Counted from the first letter of the stretch, positions 47,799-58,616 are shown. The stretch is DNA of 64,000 nt from Gammaproteobacteria bacterium (GCA_965243395.1 CBDEUS010000002.1:1184001-1248000); one strand, 5' to 3'. Program-made: numbers and translations. Notes: a model not told the origin generated them from the sequence alone.

Positions 47799-48617
47799 AA
47801 TATTTTTTATATAACAAATTCTTAGAATAGGCACATAATTGAATACGTATAGTTTTCAACTATTTCGAAACACAATTTACATTGATTCGAGATTAAGCTT
47901 ATATGGGCTGTTTTGTGGAATATAAATAAAGAATATAGAAACCGGAAATTGTAACATTACTGTGTCATTCATGAAAATCGCATAAACACCTAAATTATAA
48001 ATTGATTCACACAGTAGCGTGCATAGATAAAGTTAAATTAAAGTTTATATACAACGCGGTTCCACTAATAAGGGCTAAATATATTCTAGAAAATATTCAT
48101 TTGGTTCATGTGCAGATTTGGGGCCATCCCACTCATTAATAATTTAATTTAGAAGATATATAACCCAAACTAATTAAACATTCAGGTTTAATATTCTTTG
48201 TACAGTCTAGTACTGGATTTACATGACTGATAAAAATTATTTTGCTATAATATTTTGAATCGGTTGGAGATATTTAAGCATTTGCTTAGGTATGTCATCT
48301 ATGCGAAATGTGTTCGTAAAGCTAGACGTTCATTTTTAAACAGCTTGAGAAAATATTTTACAACAATATTCTGAAAAGAATTTAGTTTTAAAATAGCAAG
48401 TGCGTAATTAAGGTTGTTACACACTTTAAAGTAAATTAAGTGTCTTCGGGGACATCGTTTAAATAAATTCAACAAAATCGAGTGGCAATGAATGTGCTTC
48501 GTTGTCCTTGCGCGTCATTGTATTTTTTAACAAGGAATGTGTTAGAGCTTTATTAAATAGGCATGAGTAAATTTAGTAATCCAGTATATAGAAATATACA
48601 GATATTAATGTAGCCAC

Positions 48618-51602
48618 ATGACCGACAGTACTACTACTGATTTTTTTATTCCTAAGGTTCTTTGGGTTTTGTATTTCTGTTTTGCAACTTGTATTGCTCT
48701 TATCTTTCAGAAACTTGTATTACCTATGGTCCCATCATTGCATGCGGGAAGTGGTCTGCTAACTAACGATGCAATATATTTTCATACAATAGCAATAAAT
48801 TTAGCTGACCAAATTCGAGATGACGGTTGGTCTAATTGGTCACTGTGGCCAGCTCAAGGATGCGGGGCGAATGTTGCAGACTTGTCAATATTATATGTTT
48901 TTTTTGAACCTGACCCATCATTAGCTATTCCTATAAATGCTATATTGCACGCAAGTAGTGGTGTACTAATCTACTTAATTGCACATGCAATTTTTCCAGG
49001 ACGTGTTGGCAAATATGCTGGAATCTTTAGTTCAGTCCTTTTTATTGTGTTTCCTTCTAGTCTGAATTGGTATGCGCAGCTTCACAAAGATGGCTACGCA
49101 ATTTTAGGTATTTTAATTGTACTTTATTCATGGGTGCAGTGGACAGCACAAGAATTTAGTGTATCTAGGATTATTTTATTTCTAATTGGGAACATCGCAG
49201 GATGTATTTTAATTTTATCTGTTCGCCCTTATGCATTAGATGTGTTGTTTCTTGCTGTGGCTATATTACTCTTAATTTGTTTTTTTAATATTATTTTAAA
49301 TAAAAACAATATATGGATTAAATTTATAGGAGGTATATTCGCACTATTATTTATTGGGTTGTTTGTATTGTCAGTTCATACGCATAAATTAGGCAATAAT
49401 ATAAATTCCTTTATTTTATCTACTGGCTATAGTTTTAGTAGCGATAACTCTAGTGACGCTAGTTCTAGTAGTGATAGTTCTAGTGGTAATAGTTCTAGTA
49501 GCGAAAATTCTAGTAGCGATGATCAAGTAACGAATAATTGTCCAATCCAAAATGGGTGGCAATGGCAATCAGAAGATCTGGTTCCGGAAAAAATAGATAA
49601 TTTTGCTTATACAGCAGCAAAGGTGAGACTAATATCTATTTGTACAACTTATGAATCCAACTCCATTTACGATAAGCATAAAGCTCCAGATAATATTTTA
49701 AGTCTAGTTGGATACCTGCCAAGAGCAATTCAAATCGGATTATTTGCGCCATTTCCTAATACTTGGTTAAAAGAGATATCAATAACTAAAATAATTGGTT
49801 GGATTGAAATATTTGCATGGTATTTATTAGTTCCCGGAATAATTTATTTATTGTGTCAACGTCAGACTCAACAGATTTGGCTAGTATTAAGTTTTGCATT
49901 AGTTTTTTTGCTTGTGTATAGCTACGTTACTCCAAATCTAGGATCACTGCATCGAATTCGATATCCATTCATAATGCTATTGATGTTACTAGGTGCTTTA
50001 GGTTGGTGTCATTTAATTTTAAAACATTTTTACAGAGAGAACTTCAAGAAAAATATAAAGCAATTCTATCTTGATAATACAGGTGTATCTGCACCGGGAC
50101 GTGCAAAAATTCTTTATGCGGGTTTTTCAGTAGTTGGGTTCACTGCATTTTCTTTTTTATTGCTCTTTTATCGCGATGTTTTGATGGGCCAAAAATTTGG
50201 AGTTGGAACTGAACTTGATGCATTCTTTTTGGCCATGTTGTTACCTATGTTTATTGTAAATGTTTTTAGTATCCCTTTAGGTTCTGCTCTTATCCCGGTT
50301 TACCATAAGTTAAATACATCCTCTCAAAGAGATGCAGAATCGATGCTTTCAACATTGCTGTTCTATTCACTGTCTGGGCTAATATTAATTGGTGGCATGT
50401 TGCTCATTTTAGGAGAGACGATATATCCGAGTATAGTGAGCGATTTAGAAGAAGTTACAATTAGGAGAACATTAGATTTACTGCCTATCGCAGTACTAAT
50501 TCTAGTTTTAAGTATTGTAGTTATATTAGGTAATGCTGTACTCAATGCGAGACAAATTTACAGTTGGCCTGCAATTTTTCAAATTGTTGTTCCAGTTTGT
50601 GCAATCATATCTTTACTCGCATTTGGCAAGGAATTTAATGCAACTAGCGTTGCTGCAGGAATGCTTATTGGACAAATTATTAACTTAATTTTAGTAGTCT
50701 ACTTGTTATATAAAGATAATTTTAGATTAAAACTCAGTTTTCCAAATAAATTTCGAGGTGAAAATTATAACTCATTGTGGCAACTTTATGGTGCACTTGC
50801 TGTAGCTGCGTTATTTGTAAGTGCAGCTGCGGTGATTGATAATATTATGGCTTCTAGCCTTGGAGAAGGCAGTATAGGGGTTTATTCATTAGGAAATAAG
50901 GTAATAATATTTGTAACCGGTGTTATTGGCGCTGGTGTTACTTCAGTTGTATTACCACGATTTTCCGCTTTATTGTCACAAGGAAATATTGAGGGTTGTA
51001 GACGAGATCTTGCTTTTTTTATTTACATAGGAACGGCTATAACTATTCCAGCTGGATTAATATTGTTCGGATTATGTGATGATGTTGTACGTTTAATTTT
51101 TAAAGGCGAAATGATGACTATAGAAGATGCTGACGAAATTGGGCGTGTTGCTATATTTGGGGTTATACAACTTCCATTCTTTGTTTCACATGCCTTGCTA
51201 ATTAAGTTTGCTAATGCGAAACAAAAGGGAAGAATAGTTGTAATTACAGCCGCATTTGGTCTTTTGTTAAATATTGTATTAAATATTTTCTTAATGCGTG
51301 AAATTGGTGTAGCAGGTCTTGCGCTTGCAACAACGTTGTCTATGTTAGTGACCAGTTTTATCCTTTTAGCTATTATTATGAGACTCGGTTATCTCAGACC
51401 TCTCGAAATCGTATTAATCTCACTTTCGTGGGGGCTTTATTTAACTACTATATTATGTATATATTTTCGAAGTTATGCTGGAGTCGTAGTTTCTATTATT
51501 GCAATGATAATATTATTATGGGAAATTTGGATGATAAATCGAGAAAATGCTTCAAAAAGTGGGCCTAGGTTTTACTGGTTAAAAAACAGCTTTAGTTCTT
51601 AA
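48618..51602 (+). CDS. Fusion protein: N-terminal GT-C/Wzy-like membrane domain plus C-terminal MurJ/MviN-like flippase
   Basis: N-half: NDAIYFH after TM1, QLHKD, NLGSLHRIRYP. C-half: FYRDVLMGQKFGVGTELDAFFLA..LP, ASSLGEGSI, GVAGLALATTLS. Confidence 0.7.
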   Translation: MTDSTTTDFFIPKVLWVLYFCFATCIALIFQKLVLPMVPSLHAGSGLLTNDAIYFHTIAINLADQIRDDGWSNWSLWPAQGCGANVADLSILYVFFEPDPSLAIPINAILHASSGVLIYLIAHAIFPGRVGKYAGIFSSVLFIVFPSSLNWYAQLHKDGYAILGILIVLYSWVQWTAQEFSVSRIILFLIGNIAGCILILSVRPYALDVLFLAVAILLLICFFNIILNKNNIWIKFIGGIFALLFIGLFVLSVHTHKLGNNINSFILSTGYSFSSDNSSDASSSSDSSSGNSSSSENSSSDDQVTNNCPIQNGWQWQSEDLVPEKIDNFAYTAAKVRLISICTTYESNSIYDKHKAPDNILSLVGYLPRAIQIGLFAPFPNTWLKEISITKIIGWIEIFAWYLLVPGIIYLLCQRQTQQIWLVLSFALVFLLVYSYVTPNLGSLHRIRYPFIMLLMLLGALGWCHLILKHFYRENFKKNIKQFYLDNTGVSAPGRAKILYAGFSVVGFTAFSFLLLFYRDVLMGQKFGVGTELDAFFLAMLLPMFIVNVFSIPLGSALIPVYHKLNTSSQRDAESMLSTLLFYSLSGLILIGGMLLILGETIYPSIVSDLEEVTIRRTLDLLPIAVLILVLSIVVILGNAVLNARQIYSWPAIFQIVVPVCAIISLLAFGKEFNATSVAAGMLIGQIINLILVVYLLYKDNFRLKLSFPNKFRGENYNSLWQLYGALAVAALFVSAAAVIDNIMASSLGEGSIGVYSLGNKVIIFVTGVIGAGVTSVVLPRFSALLSQGNIEGCRRDLAFFIYIGTAITIPAGLILFGLCDDVVRLIFKGEMMTIEDADEIGRVAIFGVIQLPFFVSHALLIKFANAKQKGRIVVITAAFGLLLNIVLNIFLMREIGVAGLALATTLSMLVTSFILLAIIMRLGYLRPLEIVLISLSWGLYLTTILCIYFRSYAGVVVSIIAMIILLWEIWMINRENASKSGPRFYWLKNSFSS
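49431..49520 (+). repeat. Degenerate 15-bp tandem repeat, six copies, encoding a Ser/Asp-rich loop
   Basis: agttttagtagcgat / aactctagtgacgct / agttctagtagtgat / agttctagtggtaat / agttctagtagcgaa / aattctagtagcgat. Confidence 0.85.
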
Positions 51603-51743
51603 GTTAAAAACAATGGTATTTAATATACCCTACATACATTAAGATAAAATCTTATAACAGTTTACTCAAATTTATTGTTTTATATTAAAAACGAAATTTA
51701 AATTTAACTAATTACAAAGATAAATTGAAACATTGCTAGACAC

Positions 51744-52889
51744 ATGAAGATTGCAATAGTTGTATCTAGCCCAATGACAATCAAAGCATTCTTGCATGAT
51801 CTAATCATACGTCTGTCCGAGATCTCTGAAGTTACTGTTGTAGCAAATATTTCAAATCCTAAAGATCTAGTAGTGCTTGAAAATAGTGCAAAAATTGTTA
51901 GTGTCAAAATTGTCCGTAAGATTGCACTTTTTACAGATGTGAAAGCACTGTTAACATTATTGAGTTTATTCAGGAGAAATAAGTATGATCTAGTTTATTC
52001 AGTTACTCCAAAAGCAGGGTTACTAGCAATGACTGCTAGTTTTTTAGCTCGGATTAATTGCAGAATTCATATATTTACCGGACAAGTTTGGGTAATGAAG
52101 CGTGGAGTAAGGCGATTATTTTTAAAAATTGTGGATAAACTAATTGTAAGATTAGCTACCAACGTATTAGCAGATAGTATCAGCCAAAGTAAATTCTTAA
52201 TTAACGAAAATGTAGTTAATTCAAATAAGATTGCAGTATTGGCTAATGGTTCAATTAGTGGGGTTAACTTAAAACGATTTTGTAAGGACGAAAATATTAG
52301 AAATGAAGTTCGCGAGCAATTAAATATTGATAAAAATGAGTTAGTATTTTTATTTCTTGGTAGGCTTGATCCTGATAAGGGGATACTTGATTTAGTAGAT
52401 GCATTTAGTCTGATCTATAATCGATATAAATTTGTCAGGCTTGTTATTGTTGGGCCTGATGAAGCAGGAATATGCAGTCAAATTGATTCGAAAATTCCGT
52501 CTAAAACTAATAATATAATTTTCGTAGATTTTACAAATCGACCAGAGTCGTACATGAATGCGGCTGATGTTATTTGTCTCCCCAGTTATAGAGAAGGTTT
52601 TGGTAGTGTTGTGATTGAAGCAGCTGCAATAGGTATACCTGCAATAGGTAGCAATATTTACGGTATAAGAGATGCAATAGAAGATGGAGTAACTGGCATT
52701 TTATATCCTCCTCGAGATAAAAAGGCACTATATTCAGCAATGCAAAAACTTATTTTAGAACCGGAGACAAGAATACGATTTGGTGTTGCAGCACAAAAAC
52801 GTGCCAAGCGTTTATTTTCACAGAATCTTGTAACTTCATCTTATATAGACTATTTCAAACAAGCAGTAGATAGTTGTATTTCTCGATGA
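51744..52889 (+). CDS. Family 4 glycosyltransferase (CapM/PglA-like)
   Basis: TPKAGLL, FLGRL..DKG, LPSYREGFG..VIEA. Confidence 0.92.
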   Translation: MKIAIVVSSPMTIKAFLHDLIIRLSEISEVTVVANISNPKDLVVLENSAKIVSVKIVRKIALFTDVKALLTLLSLFRRNKYDLVYSVTPKAGLLAMTASFLARINCRIHIFTGQVWVMKRGVRRLFLKIVDKLIVRLATNVLADSISQSKFLINENVVNSNKIAVLANGSISGVNLKRFCKDENIRNEVREQLNIDKNELVFLFLGRLDPDKGILDLVDAFSLIYNRYKFVRLVIVGPDEAGICSQIDSKIPSKTNNIIFVDFTNRPESYMNAADVICLPSYREGFGSVVIEAAAIGIPAIGSNIYGIRDAIEDGVTGILYPPRDKKALYSAMQKLILEPETRIRFGVAAQKRAKRLFSQNLVTSSYIDYFKQAVDSCISR

Positions 52890-53476
52890 AACGAATATTC
52901 GACATAATTATTACTGTTATACTTTTTGTATTGCTAAGCTTTATATTCATTGTCATTGCTTTTCTGATACTCATTACTCTCGGCAAACCCATATTGTTTA
53001 CTCAAATGCGTCCAGGTCTTAATGGCGAGCTTTTCAAGATTTATAAATTTCGAACCATGAAAATAAAATATGACAAAAATGGAATGCCATTGCATGATAG
53101 TCAAAGACTTACACGATTTGGTGCTTGGTTAAGACGCACCAGCTTGGATGAATTACCAACTTTATGGAATGTTCTGTGTGGTCATATGAGTTTAGTAGGG
53201 CCAAGACCTTTGCTAATTGAGTATCTTTCTTTATATTCGCCTGAACAAAAGCGAAGGCATAACGTTAAGCCAGGAATAACAGGCTGGGCGCAAGTTAATG
53301 GTAGAAATGCAGTCAGCTGGGAAGAGAAATTCAAACTAGATGTATGGTATGTGGAAAACCATAATTTTTGTTTGGACCTTAAGATTTTATTTTTAACTAT
53401 AATTGCTGTGTTTAAATCTACGGGAATAACCCAAGAAGGGCATGTAACAACAGAAAAGTTTCGAGGTTCAAATTGA
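52886..53476 (+). CDS. pglC: Monotopic phosphoglycosyl transferase (PglC-type initiating sugar transferase)
   Basis: MKRIFD, YKFRTM, SLDELP, MSLVGPRP, KPGITGWAQVNGRN; ATG overlaps the upstream stop. Confidence 0.88.
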   Translation: MKRIFDIIITVILFVLLSFIFIVIAFLILITLGKPILFTQMRPGLNGELFKIYKFRTMKIKYDKNGMPLHDSQRLTRFGAWLRRTSLDELPTLWNVLCGHMSLVGPRPLLIEYLSLYSPEQKRRHNVKPGITGWAQVNGRNAVSWEEKFKLDVWYVENHNFCLDLKILFLTIIAVFKSTGITQEGHVTTEKFRGSN

Positions 53477-54102
53477 AACCCAAGTTATTAATTGTTGGAG
53501 CAGGAGGGCATGGGTCTGTAGTTGCTGATGCTGCTATTGAACAGAACATATGGTCTGAAATTGCTTTTTTAGATGATAATGTAAATGAGCCTAGCATAGT
53601 GAATGACATACCTGTTTTAGGGGTAATTGCTGATATACATAAGTATTCTGGTCAATTTGGAGATTTGGCAATAGCTATTGGCGATAATATTCTTAGGATG
53701 AAACTAATAGAAGAATTTATAAATAGTGACTTTTGTTTACCGGTCATTTCTCACCCAAAGGCAATTGTTAGTAAAAATTCAGAAATTGGGCCAGGCACAT
53801 TTTTAGCAGCGAACGCTGTAATCAATGCAGGGTCCACGTTGGGTAAAGGTTGCATAATAAACACTGCTGCAACTGTTGATCATGACAATATTTTGTCAGA
53901 TGGTGTGCATGTATCTCCAGGTGCTCACCTTGGCGGAAATGTGGTAGTCGGGAAGTGTAGCTGGATTGGAATTGGCGCGAGTATTAGGGAACAAGTTTCC
54001 ATAGGCGAGAATGTAATCATTGGTGCAGGTGCAGCAGTCGTGGAGAACGTAGGTAATTCTTTGCAAATGCTGGGTGTACCAGCCCGCCCAAATGAGAAGT
54101 AA
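53473..54102 (+). CDS. pglD: PglD/NeuD-family sugar acetyltransferase
   Basis: GAGGHG, FLDD, AIGDN..R, hexapeptide repeats with VDHD, GVPAR; TTG start. Confidence 0.85.
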   Translation: MKPKLLIVGAGGHGSVVADAAIEQNIWSEIAFLDDNVNEPSIVNDIPVLGVIADIHKYSGQFGDLAIAIGDNILRMKLIEEFINSDFCLPVISHPKAIVSKNSEIGPGTFLAANAVINAGSTLGKGCIINTAATVDHDNILSDGVHVSPGAHLGGNVVVGKCSWIGIGASIREQVSIGENVIIGAGAAVVENVGNSLQMLGVPARPNEK

Positions 54103-54104
54103 AG

Positions 54105-55337
54105 ATGTCGCCTATAGTTAAAAATGATTCTCTTGCGATTGAGGGAGGTGATTGTGAAGTTAGTCGTTCATTCCCTGCTTGGCCACAATATTCGAGTGAA
54201 GAAATTAAGGCTGTTACAGATGTACTAGTATCCGGAAAAGTTAATTATTGGACAGGTAATGTAGGTAAAACTTTTGAAAATGAGTTTGCAAACTATTTTG
54301 GATTAAAACATGCCGTTGCATTATCAAATGGTAGTGTTGCACTTGAAGTTGCTTTGAAAGCTCTAAAAATTGGTGAAGGTGATGAAGTGATAGTTACGCC
54401 ACGCACATTCATTGCTTCGGCTAGTAGTATATCTATTTGTGGGGCAACCCCGGTTTTTGTAGATGTTGATAGAGAAAGTCAAAACATAACTGCAGAAACA
54501 ATCCAAACTGCAATCACTAGTAATACAAAAGCTATTTTATTAGTGCATTTAGCAGGCTGGCCTTGTGAAATGGATACAATAATTGATATAGCTCACCGTC
54601 ATAATCTAAAAGTAATAGAAGATTGTGCCCAGGCGCATGGTGCAAAATATAATACTCAATATGTTGGCACATTTGGTAACGTGGCTACATTTTCATTTTG
54701 TCAAGACAAAATAATATCTACAGGTGGGGAAGGTGGAATGTTATTAACGAATGACGAGTCTATATGGAGTTTTGCATGGAGCTATAAAGATCATGGAAAG
54801 AATGTAGATTGCCTGAATCATTCTAATGGATTTAATAATAATTTGTTTAGGTGGGTACATGATTCAATTGGGTCTAATTATAGAATGACTGAAATTCAGG
54901 CAGCTATTGGATTAGAGCAGTTGCATAAACTTAATGATTGGGTGCTTCAGCGTCAAAAAAATGCTGAACAGTTAACTAGTTATTTTAAAAATATACCTGC
55001 ATTAAGAGTGACAATACCAAATAAAAATATTGATCATGCGTATTATAAATATTATGTATTTGTTAGAAATAAACTACTAAAACCAGGATGGACAAGAGAT
55101 AAAATTGTCCAGGCAATTAATAAAGAAGGAGTGCCTTGTTTCACAGGCAGCTGTAGTGAGGTATATAAAGAAAAAGCTTTTGTTGATGCAAAAATATTTC
55201 CCAGCAAAGACTTTAAAATTGCAAAAGAGTTAGGAGAGACAAGTCTAATGTTTAATGTCCATCCTATGCTAAATACTCAAGATATTGAGAGTATTTATCA
55301 TGCAGTAAAGAAAGTATTCAACCATGCCTCTATTTAG
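54105..55337 (+). CDS. DegT/DnrJ/EryC1/StrS aminotransferase (bacillosamine-type)
   Basis: SGKVNYWTG, IEDCAQAHG, FSFCQDKIISTGGEGG (PLP Lys). Confidence 0.92.
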   Translation: MSPIVKNDSLAIEGGDCEVSRSFPAWPQYSSEEIKAVTDVLVSGKVNYWTGNVGKTFENEFANYFGLKHAVALSNGSVALEVALKALKIGEGDEVIVTPRTFIASASSISICGATPVFVDVDRESQNITAETIQTAITSNTKAILLVHLAGWPCEMDTIIDIAHRHNLKVIEDCAQAHGAKYNTQYVGTFGNVATFSFCQDKIISTGGEGGMLLTNDESIWSFAWSYKDHGKNVDCLNHSNGFNNNLFRWVHDSIGSNYRMTEIQAAIGLEQLHKLNDWVLQRQKNAEQLTSYFKNIPALRVTIPNKNIDHAYYKYYVFVRNKLLKPGWTRDKIVQAINKEGVPCFTGSCSEVYKEKAFVDAKIFPSKDFKIAKELGETSLMFNVHPMLNTQDIESIYHAVKKVFNHASI

Positions 55338-55361
55338 AAATTTTAATTTTATCTTTTAATT

Positions 55362-57245
55362 ATGTCGCTTATTCATAATCGCTGGTTGGCACTTATCCAT
55401 GACATTATTTGGATTCCGCTAGCCTTATTAATTGCATTTTGGGTTAGATTCAATTTAGGAATGATTCCATCGGAATTTTGGCCTGGCATTTATCAAATTA
55501 TTATTGTTTCTCTCGTCGTGCAAACTGCGAGTTATTGGTATTTTGGTTTATATAGGGGTATTTGGAGATTTGCATCGGTTCCTGATATTTTTCGAATATT
55601 AAAAGCAGTCATAATTGGCGTTAGTTTGTCACTTTTAGGGGTATTTTTATTTTCAAGATTAAGTAATTTTCCTCGGTCAATTTTAGTTTTATATCCGCTT
55701 TTTTTATTTTTAGGATTAAGTGCGTCGCGTCTTTTATATAGATGGTATAAAGACAGGGATTTTTATTTTGAGAGCGGTGAAAAAAAACATGTCTTGATCG
55801 TAGGTGCAGGTCAAGCGGGTGAAATGCTTGTAAGAAGTATGTTGCGAGAAAATAAGCTTGTTCCTGTAGGGTTTGTAGATGATGATGTTGGAAAAATAGG
55901 ACGAGATATCCATGGTGTCAGGGTAAAAGACAAAATAGATTCATTAGAGAAAGTAATAAAAAAAATAGATGTGGATTTGGTTATTATCAGCATCAGAAAT
56001 ATTTCTGCGAAACCTTTAAAAAATATTTTACGTGTTTGCAATGATAATAAAATTGATTGTCAAATTATTCCGTCACTTATTGAAATCAGTAGTGATAGTG
56101 TGGATCTCTCATTACTCAGACGAGTTAAAATTGAAGATTTATTAGGTAGAGAATCTGTAAAATTAGATAACCAATTGATTAGAAAGTTTATTAAAGATAA
56201 ATGTATTTTGGTTACGGGAGCAGGTGGCTCTATAGGCTCTGAGTTAAGCAAACAAGTGCTTACATATGCTCCAAACAAACTTATCTTACTTGAGCAAAGT
56301 GAATTTAACTTGTACACGATAAAAAAGAAATTATTCGACCGTGAAGATCTTGGAGAATCAGATGTAATTTCAGTGCTTTGTGATATCAGAGATGATAAAG
56401 CTTTAAATGAAGTGTTTAATAAATACAAACCTCATGTAGTACTTCATGCAGCTGCTTATAAACATGTGCCGATCATTGAGGAAAATATATTTGAAGGCGT
56501 AAAAACTAATATATTTGGAACTAAAAAATTAGCCGAAATAGCTGCTAAAAATAATGTCGATAAGTTTGTGATGGTGTCAACAGATAAAGCGGTTAATCCA
56601 AGTAGTATGATGGGCGCTACTAAACGTGCAGCTGAGATATTTTGTCAAGCATTAAGCAATCAAAATAATACAAAATTTATCACTACCAGATTTGGTAATG
56701 TTTTAGATTCGACAGGATCTGTGGTGCCACTATTTCGTGAGCAAATAAATAATGGAGGGCCGGTTACGGTAACTCATAAAGATATGTCCCGATATTTTAT
56801 GAGTATTCCTGAAGCGGCTAGTTTGATATTGCAAGCAGCTTCTATGGGAGAGGGTGGTGAAATATTTGTGTTAGATATGGGCAATCCGGTAAAGATATAT
56901 GATTTAGCAAGACAAATGATCCGATTATCAGGCTACGACCCTGATCATGATATTAAAATTGAAATTATTGGATTGCGTCCAGGCGAGAAACTATATGAGG
57001 AGCTATTCCATGAGTCAGAGGACTATATTGGGACTGAGCACCCAAAAATATTATTGGCAGCATCTAGGAAAGTAGACTGGGATATTTTTTCGATACAGCT
57101 TGAAAATATTTTAAGTGCCTGTGAAAAACGAGATGCCGATAATCTAATTGAGACTATGAAATCAATAATTCCAGAATATACTAAAGACTATTCAGAATCT
57201 TCTGATAAGATTGCGAAACCAAGTGAGGCGCCTATTATTCACTAA
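55362..57245 (+). CDS. Membrane-bound UDP-GlcNAc 4,6-dehydratase (PglF/WbpM/CapD family)
   Basis: N-terminal TMs, VTGAGGSIGSEL, HAAAYKHVP, STDKAVNP..MGATK, RFGNVL, GLRPGEKLYEEL. Confidence 0.95.
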   Translation: MSLIHNRWLALIHDIIWIPLALLIAFWVRFNLGMIPSEFWPGIYQIIIVSLVVQTASYWYFGLYRGIWRFASVPDIFRILKAVIIGVSLSLLGVFLFSRLSNFPRSILVLYPLFLFLGLSASRLLYRWYKDRDFYFESGEKKHVLIVGAGQAGEMLVRSMLRENKLVPVGFVDDDVGKIGRDIHGVRVKDKIDSLEKVIKKIDVDLVIISIRNISAKPLKNILRVCNDNKIDCQIIPSLIEISSDSVDLSLLRRVKIEDLLGRESVKLDNQLIRKFIKDKCILVTGAGGSIGSELSKQVLTYAPNKLILLEQSEFNLYTIKKKLFDREDLGESDVISVLCDIRDDKALNEVFNKYKPHVVLHAAAYKHVPIIEENIFEGVKTNIFGTKKLAEIAAKNNVDKFVMVSTDKAVNPSSMMGATKRAAEIFCQALSNQNNTKFITTRFGNVLDSTGSVVPLFREQINNGGPVTVTHKDMSRYFMSIPEAASLILQAASMGEGGEIFVLDMGNPVKIYDLARQMIRLSGYDPDHDIKIEIIGLRPGEKLYEELFHESEDYIGTEHPKILLAASRKVDWDIFSIQLENILSACEKRDADNLIETMKSIIPEYTKDYSESSDKIAKPSEAPIIH

Positions 57246-57284
57246 ATTTATAGGGTATTTGTGGTCAATCTTTGAATAGTTGAA

Positions 57285-58616
57285 ATGAAAAAAGTTTTTG
57301 TAAAGACACAAGGATGTCAGATGAATGAGTATGATTCAGATAAAATGCTGGATGTACTTAGTCATGAGTGTGGGATGCAAGTTACTCAAGATGCTTCCGA
57401 AGCTGATTTATTACTTTTAAATACATGTTCTATTAGGGAAAAAGCACAAGAGAAAGTGTTTTCTCAGTTAGGGCAGTGGCGGCCGCTTAAAGAAAAAAAC
57501 CCAAACCTAATGATTGGGGTTGGTGGTTGTGTTGCAAGTCAAGAAGGAGATGCGTTATCAAAGAGAGCAAAGCAAGTAGATTTTGTATTTGGCCCTCAAA
57601 CGATTCACAGATTACCAGAACTATTATCTAAAGCTCGATCGACTAAAAAAGCAGTTGTTGATATTTCTTTTCCAGAAATAGAGAAGTTTGATTGTTTACC
57701 TGATCCTAGGGCAGATGGTCCAAAAGCATATGTTTCCATCATGGAAGGTTGTAGCAAGTATTGTACGTATTGTGTCGTACCTTACACGAGAGGAGAAGAG
57801 TTTAGTCGACCATTGCTAGATGTTATGCGGGAGGTAAATTCACTTGCTAAACAGGGGGTACGTGAAATTACATTGCTTGGTCAAAATGTGAATGGATATC
57901 GCGGTTTAGATGAGAATGGTGAAGTAGTAGATTTTTCTTTACTTGTTTATTTTGTTAGTCAAGTAAATGGGTTAAAAAGAATTCGTTATACAAGTTCACA
58001 TCCGATAGAGTTTTCTGAAAATCTTGTTAATGCTTATGCAGAGATACCTGAGTTAGTGAATCATGTGCATTTGCCTGTGCAAAGTGGGTCAGATCGTGTG
58101 CTAGCCTCAATGAAACGAGGGCATACCGCTATAGAATTTAAATCAATAATAAAAAAATTACGTGAACACCGGCCTGACATAAGTATAACTTCTGATTTTA
58201 TTGTTGGATTTCCAGGGGAAACCGATGAAGATTTTGAAGATACTTTGAAATTTGTTGAAAATATAGGGTTCGACCAGTCATATAGCTTTGTTTATAGCCG
58301 TCGACCAGGAACACCTGCTGCTGCTCTAGACGACGATGTTAAACCTGAAGTAAAAAAACAACGTTTACGACGATTACAACGACTTATAAATAAATTGTCT
58401 GCAGAATATTCAAAAGCGATGCTAGGTACGGAACAAATTGTATTAGTAGAGGGATTGTCAAAAAAATCAGATCAAGAATATTCTGGCCGTACAGAAAACA
58501 ATCGGGTTGTTAACTTTTCAACAACAGAAAATGTAATTGGAAAATTTGTTAATCTTTTTATATCTGATGTATATGCAAATTCTTTGCGAGGTAAATATCT
58601 TGAAACCTTGTACTAG
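57285..58616 (+). CDS. miaB: tRNA 2-methylthio-N6-dimethylallyladenosine synthase
   Basis: [16 protein letters not shown], radical [12 protein letters not shown]-terminal TRAM domain. Confidence 0.97.
   Translation: MKKVFVKTQGCQMNEYDSDKMLDVLSHECGMQVTQDASEADLLLLNTCSIREKAQEKVFSQLGQWRPLKEKNPNLMIGVGGCVASQEGDALSKRAKQVDFVFGPQTIHRLPELLSKARSTKKAVVDISFPEIEKFDCLPDPRADGPKAYVSIMEGCSKYCTYCVVPYTRGEEFSRPLLDVMREVNSLAKQGVREITLLGQNVNGYRGLDENGEVVDFSLLVYFVSQVNGLKRIRYTSSHPIEFSENLVNAYAEIPELVNHVHLPVQSGSDRVLASMKRGHTAIEFKSIIKKLREHRPDISITSDFIVGFPGETDEDFEDTLKFVENIGFDQSYSFVYSRRPGTPAAALDDDVKPEVKKQRLRRLQRLINKLSAEYSKAMLGTEQIVLVEGLSKKSDQEYSGRTENNRVVNFSTTENVIGKFVNLFISDVYANSLRGKYLETLY

Noticed and set aside
48009-48022. ops/JUMPStart-like CAGTAGCGTG in the glycan-locus spacer
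   Set aside because: Only a partial match to GGCGGTAGCGTG and about 600 nt from the next gene; could be chance.
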